Of a DNA stretch of 64,000 nucleotides, positions 36,479-50,427 are shown piece after piece; position 1 is the first letter of the stretch; each line of letters opens with the position of its first letter. Under the pieces are notes generated by a model that worked only from the letters and a program-made list of their open reading frames with translations, ran no database searches and was not told the origin of the DNA. The stretch is from Octopus vulgaris (lineage: Eukaryota), in NCBI GenBank assembly GCA_951406725.2, contig OX597841.1, positions 8,990,001-9,054,000 on the forward strand, written 5' to 3'. Both the position numbers and the translations under genes were made by a program.

Positions 36479-36892
36479 GACTTTAAAAAATCTTTATAAA
36501 AGGTGTTGAAAGTGTTGGCCTTCATTTTCAACTATTTTAATGCCATGTGAGCTATTTCTAGGCTGATTTCTGCAGGACGAAAGATAATAAAAATCCCTGC
36601 GGAGAGACTTTTTGAACACTCTGTATACTGGTTGCCTGTTGGTAATTCGGGGCCCTATTTAAAAGCATATGCAGGTAACCATGGAAATATAAATGAACAC
36701 ACATATACACAGAAACACGTGCGCACACGTCCACAAGCATACTGAATAAAGTTACTCCACTCAGGTATTGTGCAGTTTTATACTTTAATTCAATAAAAAA
36801 TGTTTGCATAATTAAAAGAGGTTTCTATGGATACCCTAAAATGCTATTGTGTTGATCTGTTTGAAGAATACAAATGAAGGGGTGAAAGTAGG

Positions 36893-36923
<31 letters not shown>

Positions 36924-37029
36924 GTGGGGGAGGGCAATTTTTCGAAGATAGTACTTAGCCATCATTTAGAGAGAATTTAGTTGGTAAGGAAAATGTCGTT
37001 TGTGTGTTTTGTAAATATGTATATGTGTA

Positions 37030-37089
37030 TATATATATATATATATGTGTATATATAATTTTGCATACACTCACATATATTTGTGTGAT

Positions 37090-37141
<52 letters not shown>

Positions 37142-37173
37142 ATTTTGCATACACTCACATATATTTGTGTGAT

Positions 37174-37219
<46 letters not shown>

Positions 37220-37980
37220 ATTTTGCATACACTCACACACGTGTGTGTGTTTGTGTATATATTTACAATTTTGCATACACTCACACATATATGTATATAT
37301 ATATATATGTGTGTGTGTATATATACAATTTGTAAATGTGTATGCGTGTGTATATATATATGTGTGTGTGTGTTTATATACAATTTTGCATACTGACACA
37401 TATCTGTATGTGTGTGTGTGTACTTACAATTTTGCATACACTCACACATATATGTATATATATATATGTGTGTGTGTATATATACAATTTGTAAATGTGT
37501 ATGCGTGTGTATATATATATGTGTGTGTGTTTATATACAATTTTGCATACTGACACATATCTGTATGTGTGTGTACTTACAATTTTGCATACACTCACAC
37601 ATATATGTATATATATATGTGTGTGTGTATATATACAATTTGTAAATGTGTATGCGTGTGTATATATATATGTGTGTGTGTTTATATACAATTTTGCATA
37701 CTGACACATATCTGTATGTGTGTGTACTTACAATTTTGCATACACTCACACATATATGTATATATATATGTGTGTGTGTATATATACAATTTGTAAGTGT
37801 GTATGCGTGTGTATATATATATGTGTGTTTATATACAATTTTGCATACTGACACATATCTGTATGTGTGTGTGTGTGTGTGTGTGTGTATTTACAATTTT
37901 GCATATTCACACATATATGTATATATATATATGTGTGTGTGTATATATACAATTTGTAAATGTGTATATGTGTGCGTGTA
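37030..37980 (+). repeat. Higher-order (~150-bp) microsatellite-derived tandem repeat with CAATTTTGCATAC anchor
   Basis: CAATTTTGCATACTGACAC at ~37381, 37538, 37690, 37836. Confidence 0.85.
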
Positions 37981-38084
37981 TATAATACAATTATGCATAA
38001 ATATATGTATGTGTATTTTTGTGTATATAAATACATATATACACACACACACACATATGAACATACTTTGTATACGTGAATGTG

Positions 38085-38132
<48 letters not shown>

Positions 38133-38339
38133 TGCATATATTCATTTGTGTGTATGTAAAAAAAAAAACTGGGAATAGAGACTTGCTGTTGATTTTGATG
38201 AGGTGGGAACATGTACAGGATTGCTGTGTGGGTGTAGGGTTTGGTGGTGGAGGGGTAACGTAGGAGGAGAGGGGGAAAGCAGACTGGGTAGTGGTGGTGA
38301 TGGCAGTTGAGGGTTCAATTTCCACTTGTGTAGATGAGT

Positions 38340-38373
<34 letters not shown>

Positions 38374-38655
38374 GTAATGTGTATATATATATATATATGT
38401 AATGTATATATATATATGTGTAATGTATATGTCTGTCTGTGTATGCATTCACATTTATTTATGCATTTGTATGCATGTATGTATATGTCTATGTAAATGT
38501 GTATGGACCTGACGTGTGTATGTATGTGTATAAATACGTTTATTTATCAGCTTGTGTATGTGTGAGCTTATGTGCGCACACGTGTGTATTTGCATGCATT
38601 GACTAATGCCCCCTCCCCTCAAAAATTCCTGACCTTGTGCCTAAATCAGAAATCA

Positions 38656-38690
<35 letters not shown>

Positions 38691-38885
38691 TACATCAATG
38701 TGGCTTTATTTAATACGAGCTGTTCCGAACCTCACCCCAAAGCCTCCGACAACAGCAAGTTGGACATTTTCCTATCAGTGTTACATATGGTTAGTGATGG
38801 TCTATTGTACAGGAAGAAGACCAGAGTCCGAGAACTAAGATTCTATTAAATTTGTAATATTTATTATTATTATTGTTATTATTAT

Positions 38886-39073
38886 TGAATGAAATAGTAG
38901 TTCATGCCATCAAAGTGACCCGAGGGGTACAAATATACAAAACCCAATATACCCATCACGACTACCCTATTATTATTATTATTATTATTATTGAATGAAA
39001 TAGTAGTTCATGCCATCAAAGTGACCCGAGGGGTACAAATATACAAAACCCAATATACCCATCACGACTACCC

Positions 39074-39104
<31 letters not shown>

Positions 39105-39185
39105 GAATGAAATAGTAGTTCATGCCATCAAAGTGACCCGAGGGGTACAAATATACAAAACCCAATATACCCATCACGACTACCC

Positions 39186-39216
<31 letters not shown>

Positions 39217-39285
39217 GAATGAAATAGTAGTTCATGCTATCAAAGTGACCTGAGGGGTACCAATATATCCATCACGACTACCCTA
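38886..39285 (+). repeat. Four tandem ~80-bp units separated by (ATT)n
   Basis: TGAATGAAATAGTAGTTCATGCCATCAAAGTGACC...GACTACCC; homologous to the left end of 40141-40697. Confidence 0.9.
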
Positions 39286-39304
39286 TTATTATTATTATTA
39301 TTAT

Positions 39305-39543
39305 TTGATTAAAAGTCTCAGCTTATTACGCTGGGGTATGTTGGGAAAATGGAAAGTGTCAGCCCCCCCCCATGACCGGCAAACTAAGGTGGCACCAATT
39401 TACTGATCAAACTTCAAGAACCCTGTGGAGAACTCTTACAGTTCCAAGCAATAATGACTTTTGTAGGTGTTCTATTTTTTACACATGTACCAGTATTTAT
39501 GAGCCGTGTTGGTAGCTGAGCCCTGCTAATTCCAAATGTTCCT
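39305..39543 (-). mobile_element. R4/Dong-clade LINE 3' fragment A
   Basis: Minus strand IEHLQKSLLLGTVRVLHRVLEV*, then 3' UTR and (TAA)n. Confidence 0.7.
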
Positions 39544-39560
39544 ATTATTATTATTATTAT

Positions 39561-39975
39561 TTCCTTCTTTCTTCAAATTTTCTTCCATTTCTCGCCGAGT
39601 GTTTTCCGTACACCTAGGGCAGAGAAGCTCATTGTATGCATTCCCAGATTACACACGCAAATTCACAGGTAAAATATGTATTCTAAAAAATTAATGAATA
39701 AATAAATTCATGGATGGATGTTGTTTCCACAGCGATAATGCTCTTCTCAGTACATGAGCTGTTCCAGTTAACATGATTTTTTGCACTTCCTGTAGGGATA
39801 ATAAGCCTGGTATCATTTTAAAATAAGTTTCAGTACCTTTTTTTATCATTCCTAGAGATCCTACAATCACTGGTACTGTAGTCGCCTTGAGATGCCACAT
39901 TTTTTCAATTTCTATTAAGTCTTTTTTAATATTTACTGATCTTTCTATTAGCAAGTCTTTATATTTACTGATCTT
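39561..39975 (-). mobile_element. R4/Dong-clade LINE 3' fragment B
   Basis: KYKDLLIE..EIEKMWHLKATTVPVIVGSLG..QEVQKIMLTGTAHVLRRALSL (restriction-like endonuclease C-terminus); (TAA)n tail. Confidence 0.85.
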
Positions 39976-40140
39976 TATTATAATTATTATTATTATTAGG
40001 CATTACAAAGAGTGTGATGTGAAATATTGTTCAAACCAATAAAATGTCTATTGCTATCACACTGCATTCTTCAAATTGTCTATTTACCTTTGTGAGGAGT
40101 TACGGCAATCCTTTTAAAATATTATTATTATTATTACTAC

Positions 40141-40697
40141 TGAGTGAGAGAGCAGTGCATGCCATCAATGTGACCCTGGGGTAAAATATACGAAGCCCAG
40201 TATACCCATCATGACTACCCGTCTGATAAGGGTACACCAGGCACATGCATCACAGCCATATGTGCGCGACATGAGGACCTTATGTCAAGATAAACAGCGC
40301 ATGACCTTTCAGGTGGGGCCCGGTTAGAATTTTCTTCAGGTTGAGTAGCCCATCCCGCTCAAAAGGTCCCTGAATATGGTTTGTTTTCAGGAATATGAAC
40401 GAAACACCCGTGTTTCCAGATGTGAATTATTCAAACCCCAAAGAATTCCATTGAACACATGGCTATGATGCTCCCCCATTACTTCTGCTCATGATCAGAA
40501 ATGCACATATCGTCAGCCACCAAGGAACGTGCTCAACAGGTTAAGGTCAAACAACTGACAAGCAAATCTGGGATATTGAGCGGAATATTTGCTATAACCC
40601 ATATTTTATATCAAAACAAAACCTATACATGATAACACTTCGAATCAGTTAAGATCAGAAGCTATGGGATCCACTGCCTGGTACTGCATCAGGGCAC
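40141..40697. mobile_element. Unclassified interspersed element bounded by (ATT)/(CAT) repeats
   Basis: Its left end is also amplified at 38886-39285; no protein motif recognised. Confidence 0.5.
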
Positions 40698-40717
40698 ACA
40701 TCATCATTATCATTATT

Positions 40718-40915
40718 CAGTAGTCTTATTTTTATCCCATGCTTTCACTACAATGCTGAGCACAACTCTGTGCCTTTGGTATGTGTTGTTGTTTGTTGTT
40801 GTACTCTTCTTTTCACTATGTTGAGAATGTTTTACGTAGGATGTGTGTGGTGCCTCATAAATCCTCGTGTGTTTGTAATGTGTTTGAATGTTTTTTAACC
40901 ATACTTAATGCACCT
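40718..40915 (-). mobile_element. R4/Dong-clade LINE 3' fragment C
   Basis: Minus strand GALSMVKK...GTTHILRKTFST*; flanked by (TAA)n. Confidence 0.65.
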
Positions 40916-40976
40916 ATTATTATTATTATTATTATTATTAGAGGGATTGTTTCTGTTTTTAGGCTCCACATTGGGG

Positions 40977-41012
<36 letters not shown>

Positions 41013-41142
41013 GATTTATCGAGTTCTGCTTGGCAAGAGTGAGAGTGGAGAGGGAAGTGGTCTCTCAGAGGGAATTTGTAAAAAGGGGGTGAATATGGCA
41101 AAAATGTTCAGGGTGAATGGATCTTCTCTAAGCATTGTGTCC
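41013..41142 (+). mobile_element. Fragment of a related Tx1 ORF2 C-terminus
   Basis: RVRVEREVVSQREFVKR..VNMAKMFRVNGSSLSIV versus KVRMEREVLSRERFNKRWVNVAKMVRASNETILSMIL at 6960-7070. Confidence 0.7.
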
Positions 41143-41294
41143 AGGTGTGGTTGTGTGATAAGAAGCTTGCTCCCCAACCACACGATCCCTGGTTCAATCC
41201 CTCTGCATGGCAACTTAGGCAAACATCCTCTACTATAACCTTGTGAGTGGATTTGGTAGACAGAAACTGAAAGAAGCCTGTCGTGTATATATAT

Positions 41295-41327
<33 letters not shown>

Positions 41328-41541
41328 ATGTGTGTATTTACTTCTCTGTAACCTAGCAGTTCAGCTAAAGAGACCGGTTGTCAAGCGATGCTAGGGGGAC
41401 AAACACAGACACACAAACACCCACACGCATATATATATATACATATATACGACGGGCTTCTTTCAGTTTCCGTCTATCAAATCCACTCACAAGGCTTTGG
41501 TCGGCCCGAGGCTATAGTAAAATACACTTGCCCAAGGTGCC
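41143..41541. mobile_element. Two family A SINE pieces in opposite orientation
   Basis: Plus copy 41143-41375; minus copy 41376-41541. Confidence 0.7.
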
Positions 41542-41966
41542 AATACCTGGTATTTCATGCATGTTTTTTTTAAAAAAACACTATGTAGTGTGGTAGAGGC
41601 AGGGAAGGATTTAATGTAGTTTGAGGGCAATTTGGCTGCTATTTCTATCTTGGCATGCAGGGGGACGCACTGTCTTGTTTATCTCTTGTAATTATGTACA
41701 TGTGTGTATGTGGTGGTGGTGGGGAGTTGTATGATGTAGATGCAGTGTTGTTGTTGTTGTTGTAGTTTGCCATGGTCAAAAGTAAGTCTTGGTCAACAAC
41801 ACTGACCAATGGCAGAGAGGTAGGTAACTGCTTGATTGGGTCATAACGACCCATTAAAAAAAATTATTTATTTATTTTTTATTTAATCAGTGGTCTTAAT
41901 TATAGTTGTCTAGGTGATGTCCGAAAATCCAAAACTTTGAAAGAAATAACAATAATAATAATAATA

Positions 41967-42297
41967 ATCCTTTCTACTAAAGGCACAAGGCCTGCAATTT
42001 GGGGGTAGGGACATAGTTGGTTACACGGACCCCAATACTTAACTGGTACTTATTTTATCGACCCCGAAAGGATGAAAGACAAATTCAACCTTGACGGAAA
42101 TAATAATCCATTCTACCATAGGGAGGGGACTAGACGACTAGATCGACCCCAGTATGCAACTGGTACTTAATTTATCAACCCAGAAAGGATGAAAGGCAAA
42201 GTTGACCTTGGCGGAATTTGAACTCAGAACATAAGGGTGGGCAAATTAGCGCTAAGTATTTCGCCCGATGTGCTAACGATTCTGCCAGCTCACTGCC

Positions 42298-42336
<39 letters not shown>

Positions 42337-42890
42337 CCTTTCCACTAAAGGCACAAGGCCTGAAATATTGTGAGGAAGAGATTTGTCAATTACATCAATC
42401 CCCAGTGTTTCACTGGTACTTAATTTATCGACTCCGAAAGGATGAAAGGCAAAGTTGACCTCGGCAGAATTCAAACTTAGAAAGTATAATAATAATAATA
42501 ATAATCCTTTCTACTAAAGGTGCAAGGCCTGAAATTCGTGGGGAAGTGGGTAAGTCGATCACATCGATCCCGGTGCATAACTGGTACTTAATTTATCGAC
42601 CCCAAAAGGGTGATAGGCAAAGTCGACCTTGGCTGAATTTGAACTCGAAATGTAGTGATGGACAAACTGCTAAGCATTTTGCCTGGTGTGCTAACGGTTC
42701 TGCCAGCTTACTGCTTTTCACCAGAATAATAGTAATAATAATGATGATGATGATGGTTTCAAATTTTTGCCACAAGGACAGTAATTTTTAAGGAAGGGGG
42801 CAAATCAATTACTGTGACCCCCTAAGGAGTGTCAATGAGCATTTTGTCTGATGTACTAATGAGTCAGCCAGTTTGCTGTTTTAATAATAA
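41967..42890 (-). mobile_element. Cluster of ~5 family D (Nin-like) SINE copies separated by (TAA)n
   Basis: Repeated ACTGGTACTTAATTTATCGACCCCGAAAGGATGAAAGGCAAAGT. Confidence 0.8.
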
Positions 42891-43369
42891 TAATAATAAT
42901 AATGAACTTCTGAAATGTTGTATAAAGAAAAATAAAGAAGAAAAAAAGTTGAAATTCAGATAGGGTGCATGTTTTTTGTTTTTGATTGAAAAAGATTTAG
43001 CTGCTATATTCAGCAAGTCTCCAGTTCTAAAGCTTGGCTATTTTACCTTGATTGTGGCCAAGATATTACCTGAGATAAAAGTTAATAATAATGAAAAAAA
43101 AGTTTGTTTTATTTCATTTCATATTTCAAATGCATAGTCCTTGCTCTGAAGTCATTGAAGGAGTTTGGCCGAAATAATTTTTAACAGTCCTGCTGAGCAG
43201 GGCCATTTAAGGAGTGTATATATTTATATATATACATTAAAAAAAAAATTTGTATTATATAAGGAGAGTTTGGTTGAAAGAGCTAAGATGCAACAGTTTT
43301 TGCTGTGTAGGTATATTTAGGAGTACAAAACATACTCATTCACTGCTTTGTGTTAAGAGTATTTTCAAT

Positions 43370-44150
43370 GATTTAAGATTTAGCAATTTTTTTTTTCTTT
43401 TCTGAGTAGTTACAAATGAGAGCTGAAAAACTCTTAGTATTTTTTGAGAAGACTTAGAAAAATGCATTTGTTGCACATTTGCCAGTTTAGTAGGTATATA
43501 AAAGGACCTCTTTTTCAGCTCGCTGTTAGGGGTTTGCTTAAAGATTTAAGATTGAAAACGTCTTCTTCGGAATAGTTTCAAATGAAAGTAGAAAAATTCT
43601 TCCAGTGTTTTTTGAGAGGACTTTGAAAGATGTATTTTGGTTAACATTTACCAATTTAGGGGGTATATATAAAAGGACCACTTTCTCAGCTTGTTGTTAG
43701 GTGTAATGCTTAAAGATTTAAAAGGTCTTCTGCAGAATAGTCTCAAATGTGATAAGAAAAACTTTTTCAGTATTTTTTGAGAGGATTTTTGAACAATTTT
43801 TAAACAGTTTCCAGTTTAGGGGTTGTATAAAAGGTACTCTTTCACAGATTCATCTTTGGGTATGTTGAAAAATCAAGATTTTCAAGTTCTTGTTCTAAGT
43901 AGTTTCAAATGAGAGTAGAAAAATTCTTCCACTATTTTTTTGAGAGGATTTTGAATGATGTATTTTGTTTAACATTTGCCAATTTAGGGGGGTATATAAA
44001 AGGACCAGTTTCTCAGTTTGTTGTTAGGCGTATGCTTAAAGATTTAAGGTTTAAAATGTCATCTGCAGAGTAGTTTCAAATGAGTAGAAAAATTTTTCAA
44101 GAGGACTTTTGAGAGATTTGGTTTGCAGAACAAGTAACCAGTTTAAGGAA
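43370..44150 (+). repeat. Degenerate ~165-170 bp tandem repeat, ~4.5 copies
   Basis: GGTATATAAAAGGAC, GTTTCAAATGAGAG and AAGATTTAAG recur at ~165-bp spacing. Confidence 0.75.
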
Positions 44151-44259
44151 TATTTTGTGTGTGGAGTTTGTATAGAAAAGTCGATGGGTTCACTGAATGT
44201 ATTTGGGAGTACAAGATGTCCTCCTAGATGATTCCATGTGAAGAGTATTGTCTTGTATC

Positions 44260-44600
44260 TTCTTTCAATCACTGGACTATGGCCATGCTGGTACACAACT
44301 TTGAAGGGTTTAGCTGAACAAATCGATGCCAGGACTGGTTTTCAAGTCTGGCACTTATCCTGCTGGTTTCTTTTGCTGAACCACTGTTAAGGGGGTGTAA
44401 ACAAACCAACACCAGTTGCCAGCGGTGATGGGAGATAAACACACACACATATTCGATGGGATTTCTCACAGTTTCTTTCTACCAGGTTCATTCACAAGGT
44501 ATCTGTTGTTGGCTTGGGGGCTGTAGTAGAAGACACTTGCCCAAGCTGCCACACAGTGGGACTGAACCTGGAACCATGTGACCATGGAGTGAGCTCCTTA
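44260..44600 (-). mobile_element. SINE family A, older subfamily
   Basis: Diverged match to family A. Confidence 0.65.
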
Positions 44601-45582
44601 ATGTCACAGAAAAACTTAAAACAAACAAAAAAAAAAGATATCTTAGTCCAGATGCGAGCCCAAAATCTCCATCACTGCCTGCAGGGATGTTGTCCAAACT
44701 CGATCAAAATGCATTTGACTGCTATAGTGTGCAGATCAAGACAAGTTTCTATATAAAAACCAATTTTGCTGTTGCTGAGTTCCAGATTCAGTAGACCTGT
44801 GACCAAAGGTGTTCCAGCCATGACCATCCTGTCTTATATTGGCTAGTGTTTCTTAGCAGTTTGAGCAATTGATTACATAGAGACTGCTTTGTTAAAATTT
44901 GAAGGATATTTAGCTGCTATTTCTATAAGGTCTGGCAACCATGTAGAGATTTTCCCTTTTTGGTTACATATGTAAAATAGTGGTGGGGTGCAGTCTGAAG
45001 GAGAATTGACTGCTGTTTCTAGCACACCTATCTACCACATAGATTTTCCACATTTACCATCCATGTATACATACATAAGGCAGTAAGGGGTGAGTTGAAA
45101 AAGATTAAGCTGCTATTTCTACCAGGTCTGGTTACCATGTACAGATCCTCTTTATTGATTCATACATACATAAGCCAGTAGGATATGATTTGAGAAAGAT
45201 TTGGCTGCTATTTCTAGCAGGTTTAGCTTCCATGTAGAAATCTCCCTTGGCTCATACATATAAACATGCATAAAACACTGCTGAGGGATATTTGGCTGGT
45301 ATTTCTAGCAGGTCTAGCTACCTTGTTGAGGTCTTTTTCATTGGCTCAAACATACACATACAAACATATATACATATATATGCACACTTACACACATAAT
45401 ACAATAAGATGTGATTTGAGAGAGATTTGGCTGCTATTTCTATCAGGTTTAGCCACCATGTACAGATCTTCCTTGTTGGCTCATACATACATAAAACGCA
45501 CGTGAGGGATATTTGGCTGATATTTCTAACAGGCCTAGCTATCTTGCTGAGGTCTTCTTCATTGGTTCAAACATATACACAC

Positions 45583-45632
<50 letters not shown>

Positions 45633-47865
45633 CATACACATACATACATAAGACAGTAAGGTGTGATTTGAGGGAGATTTGGCTGCTATTTCTAACAGGC
45701 CTAGCTATCTTGCTGAGGCCTTCTTCATTGGTTCAGACATATATACACACACAACATATATATATATATAAACATACACATACATACATAAGATAGTAAG
45801 GTGTGATTTGAGGGAGATTTGGCTGCTATTTCTGCCAGCTCTAACTACCATATAAAGGTCTCTCTCATTGGCTGACAATATTGATTGATCAAGCCTGTGT
45901 CCAAAGGTGGTGTTCTGGTTGATGTTCCAGTTAGTTGCTGGCATATCAATAATGCACACATCAAAATTTCAAACAAACTCCGAGTACCTCTCTCCTTAGA
46001 AAATAAAACTCCACCGATAAAAGAGTAGAGAAATGTTCATATGATTTGTTTTAAACATGCAGTGAATTTATGTTTTGCATTTCCGAAAACATCGTGATTT
46101 TTTGGTGATCCTTTTATCCACTGTAATTAAATCTGACTTTTTATAATTCGTATCTCAAAGCTTTGAAACTACAGGATTCTTATGCATCTGCCATGGTATC
46201 ATTTTCCTTTTTCAACTGCTGTGGGTGCTTTTTGTCTTCATTGCATACAGATATTCACATTGCAATATCCTTGTCTCAATAGATTTCCAGTTACACACAA
46301 TATGTTCTTTCCTACATCTGTTCCAATAATTCTTACAACACTGAACCATTAACCAGAATGTTAGGATCATATCTTGTAGGTTTGTATGTATGTGTGCATG
46401 CATGCATTAATTAGTGTGTGAAATCTGGCATTGGACATCTGAGTTTCTGGACATGGTAAAGTAATTTCTTCTCCAAGGAACAGCCCTGAGCAGGGTTTTG
46501 TTTCTAGTTTTCCTCTGAGATATGGCAACAATTGCCTTGGCATGCAAGTTTTTTTTCTCCATTCTACCGATGTTTATCCAAAGGAATGGCAAGGCTGATA
46601 CAGCCTGACAACAGTTTGTGTGTGTGTATGTGTATATATCTATATATAAATACATATATATACGTGTGTGTGTGTAATGTTTAAATTTTAAAAATATTAT
46701 CATTATTATTATTATTTAGTAATAGTAATAGATTAAGCGCTGGCTGGCTTATACTGGGCCCAAGTTTTGGTGGTGGTATTGGTGGTAGTATTTGTGGTGG
46801 CAGTGGTGGTGCACAATAGGATTCCGGTGGTTGGGTGGTCAAGTGAGTGGAGTTTGTGTAATGGTGAATCGGTAATATAGTCAGTGACAAGGTGGCGATG
46901 GTGGTGGTTGTGACAGTGGTAAATTAGACATTAATAGTTTGTACAGGTATAGCGGTGGAGGCGGTTGCGACAGCGGTGGTGGTGGTGTTGGTGTTGGTGG
47001 TGGTAGTGGCGGCAGCAGCAGAATAAATAGCAGTGGTTGAAGCGGTGGTAGGTGGAGGCGGTGACAGTGGTGGTGGCAGCAGTGGTGGAAGAAGTGGCAG
47101 TTGCACTCAAGCTAGCTAATTCAGCCCAATCAACCCCCCCCCCCCCCCCCCCCACCCCACCCCACCCGCACTCCCACCCGTCCGGTAAACAAAAACACAA
47201 ACAAGCTATGATGCAAAGAAAGAAGGAAGGAAGGAAGGAAGGAGGGAGGGAGGGAAACAAGGGATTGTGTGGTGGTGGTGGTGGTGGTGGTGGTGGTGGG
47301 TGGGGTGTTGCATAGGAAGAGGATGTCGTCGTCGGTGGAGGAGGTGGAGGAGGAGGAGGAAGAGGAGGGATTTAAACTGTGGCGGTAGCTTTGTTGTTGT
47401 TTGTAGGAGGTTTTCTTTTTGTGTTTGGTTTTTAATTCATATTTTTTATTTCTTCATTTAATCAGTGGTGGGGGTGGGGGTGGGGGTTGGAGGAAGTTGT
47501 TTTTTGGTGAAAGAGGTTAAGGGGCGGAATAATTTTTTTTCATTTTTTTTTTTTTTTTTTTTTCTTGGTTCTTAATTTAAAAAAAACGTTTCTTTACAAC
47601 TTCGCTTTTCATTTTTGTATTTTTTTTTTTTAAATATTTTTTTCTATCTTGTTATTTATCGCAAATTTTTCAAATATTTTTTTTTTTTTTTTTTTACATT
47701 TCAATTTAAATCCTAAATTTTTGTTACGTTTGATTTGTTTTTGGGGTTTTTTTAAAGTTTATTATTAATATTATTATTATTATCAATATTATCATTTCAA
47801 AATTTTTTTTCTAAATTTCAAATTTTAACATTCCCAGAGATAGAAAGATATGTACATAGATACAA

Positions 47866-47902
<37 letters not shown>

Positions 47903-47938
47903 TCTATCCATACATATATATGCATATCTACATATATA

Positions 47939-47969
<31 letters not shown>

Positions 47970-48375
47970 TTGAAAATGTTTATACATATATATACATATA
48001 TATATATGTGTGTGTATATACATATATATATATACGTGTTTATGTGTATATATATGTACATATATATGTGAATATATACATACGTATATATATGTATGTA
48101 TGTGTATATATATGTGTGTGTATATACATATATATATATACGTGTTTATGTGTATATATATGTATGTATGTGTATTTATACATATGTATATATGTGTATA
48201 TATATTTGTGTGTGTATATATGTATATGTGTGAGTATATATATGTGTGCATATGTATGTATATATATATGTAAACATGTGTATATATATATGTGTGTGTG
48301 TATGTGTGTATATATATATACACACATAAACACACACATACCTACACTCCTAAAGAGGAAATATAAATAATAATA

Positions 48376-48421
<46 letters not shown>

Positions 48422-49239
48422 CAGTGAAACAATAAGAAAAAGTTTAAATAATTAAAACAACAACATGAACAATGAAAGAAATAAATGAAAATACCCTGCT
48501 ATAAAGAATGTTTTTTTTTTTTCCAAGGCAAGAGATTGTGGCAATGACATACGTGTATATATATATATACGTATGTATATATATATATATATGTATATAT
48601 GTATGATGTAAAATCTTTTTATGCACAGTAACTTAAATGATTTCTGACAGTCATTCAGGTTTCATGTCTTGGTTTAGGGCAAACCGGCCAGAGTCTCACA
48701 TGTTTTACTGATCATCAGTTGTCGCCTTTGTACATGAAACTTGAGTTGCTGTCTCACAGAAACCATACCGTTTAAATGACTGTATATTAAGCGAACAAAA
48801 AACTTAACTCTCAAATATATTGAATGCTTTCAGTTCCTGAACCTATCAACAGACTAACAGTATGGATGTGTGTGCGTGTTACTATATTTTCATGTGTGTG
48901 TGTCTATGTACATATTTTAAACATATGTTTGTGTCTGTAGGTGTGAGTGTATCATGCTAAAGCATGTCTTTGTATTTTGTTGTCCTTTATAGATAATCAC
49001 TAATAATTAAAAACAGGAAGTGTAGTCCATAAAGAGTTATCTCCCCTCATAGTATCGCAGACGTTTGTAAAGATTGGAGATGGTTTCGGTATTTTAACAA
49101 CACTTGTGTATACGTGTGTGTGACTATAAATTTATACATGTGTATATATGCTTGTCTGCATGCAGGCCTGTGTAAATGCATGCCTGTACGTGGATGAATG
49201 TTTGAATGCTTGCAAAGCAGTCTGTATGTATGTGTGTGT

Positions 49240-49515
49240 GTATATATATATATATGTATGTATGTATGTATGTATATGGGTATGTGTTTATGTACATATG
49301 AATGTATGTTTATATTTGTGTGTATGTATGTATGTATATGGGTATGTGTTTATGTACATATGAATGTATGTTTATATTTTGTGTGTATGTATGTATGTAT
49401 ATGGGTATGTGTTTATGTACATATGAATGTATGTTTATATTTGTGTGTATGTATGTATGTATATGGGTATGTGTTTATGTACATATGAATGTATGTTTAT
49501 ATTTGTGTGTGTATG
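49240..49515 (+). repeat. 62-bp minisatellite, 4 copies
   Basis: ATGGGTATGTGTTTATGTACATATGAATG recurring. Confidence 0.9.
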
Positions 49516-49823
49516 TATGCATATATATGTACATATATGCATCAATGTTTATGTACACATATTTATAAATGTATGTTTATAAATATGTGCTTATATATTA
49601 ACATACATATAACCAAAGACATACGTGTGTACGTTTTTACGCACACATGTATGTTTAATTATATGTAATGAGCATATGTGAAAGAATATACACTCCTTTC
49701 TCAATTGCTTTTTTTTGTTTTAAACTAATAAAAAATTTTTTTTAATCTGTAACTGAAACAGCTTTCTCCCTTTGTTGTTTTTGTTATGTACGTTTGTTAT
49801 ATATATTTGTACATTGGATATAT

Positions 49824-50235
49824 ACTCTTTACTCTTTTACTTGTTTCAGTCATTTGACTGCGACCATGCTGGAGCACCGCCTTTAGTTGAGCAAATCGAC
49901 CCCGGGACTTATTCTTTTGTAAGCCCAGTACTTATTCTATCGGTCTCTTCTGCCGAACCGCCAAGTGACGGGTACGTAAACACACTAGCATCGGTTGTCA
50001 AGCGATGTTGGGGGAACAAACACAGACACACAAACATATATACACACACACACATATATATATATACATATATACGACGGGCTTCTTTCAGTTTCCGTCT
50101 ACCAAATCCACTCACAAGGCATTGGTCGGCCCGGGGCTATAGCAGAAGACACTTACCTAAGATGCCACGCAGTGGGACTGAACCTGGAACCATGTGGTTG
50201 GTAAACAAGCTACTTACCACACAGCCACTCCTGCG

Positions 50236-50238
<3 letters not shown>
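49824..50238 (-). mobile_element. SINE family A, full length
   Basis: Complete head to tail. Confidence 0.88.
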
Positions 50239-50275
<37 letters not shown>

Positions 50276-50427
50276 GACCATATTCTGTTGTCACAGCAAG
50301 GATCTGTGGACCATATGAAGTCACATGAAAATCGCAATGCCCAGATAGGTAAGGATGTTGGAGAGCAACCAGCTCTTAGAACTTGAGTTATATGTCAAAA
50401 AACTTGTAAGACAATATCTGGACTTAA

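Noticed and set aside
36112-36531. 139-aa minus-strand ORF with internal repeat
   Set aside because: The repeat reflects the duplicated DNA module; no protein motif or splice evidence
46212-46703. Possible host exons in complex sequence
   Set aside because: No recognisable domain or consistent splice and frame structure
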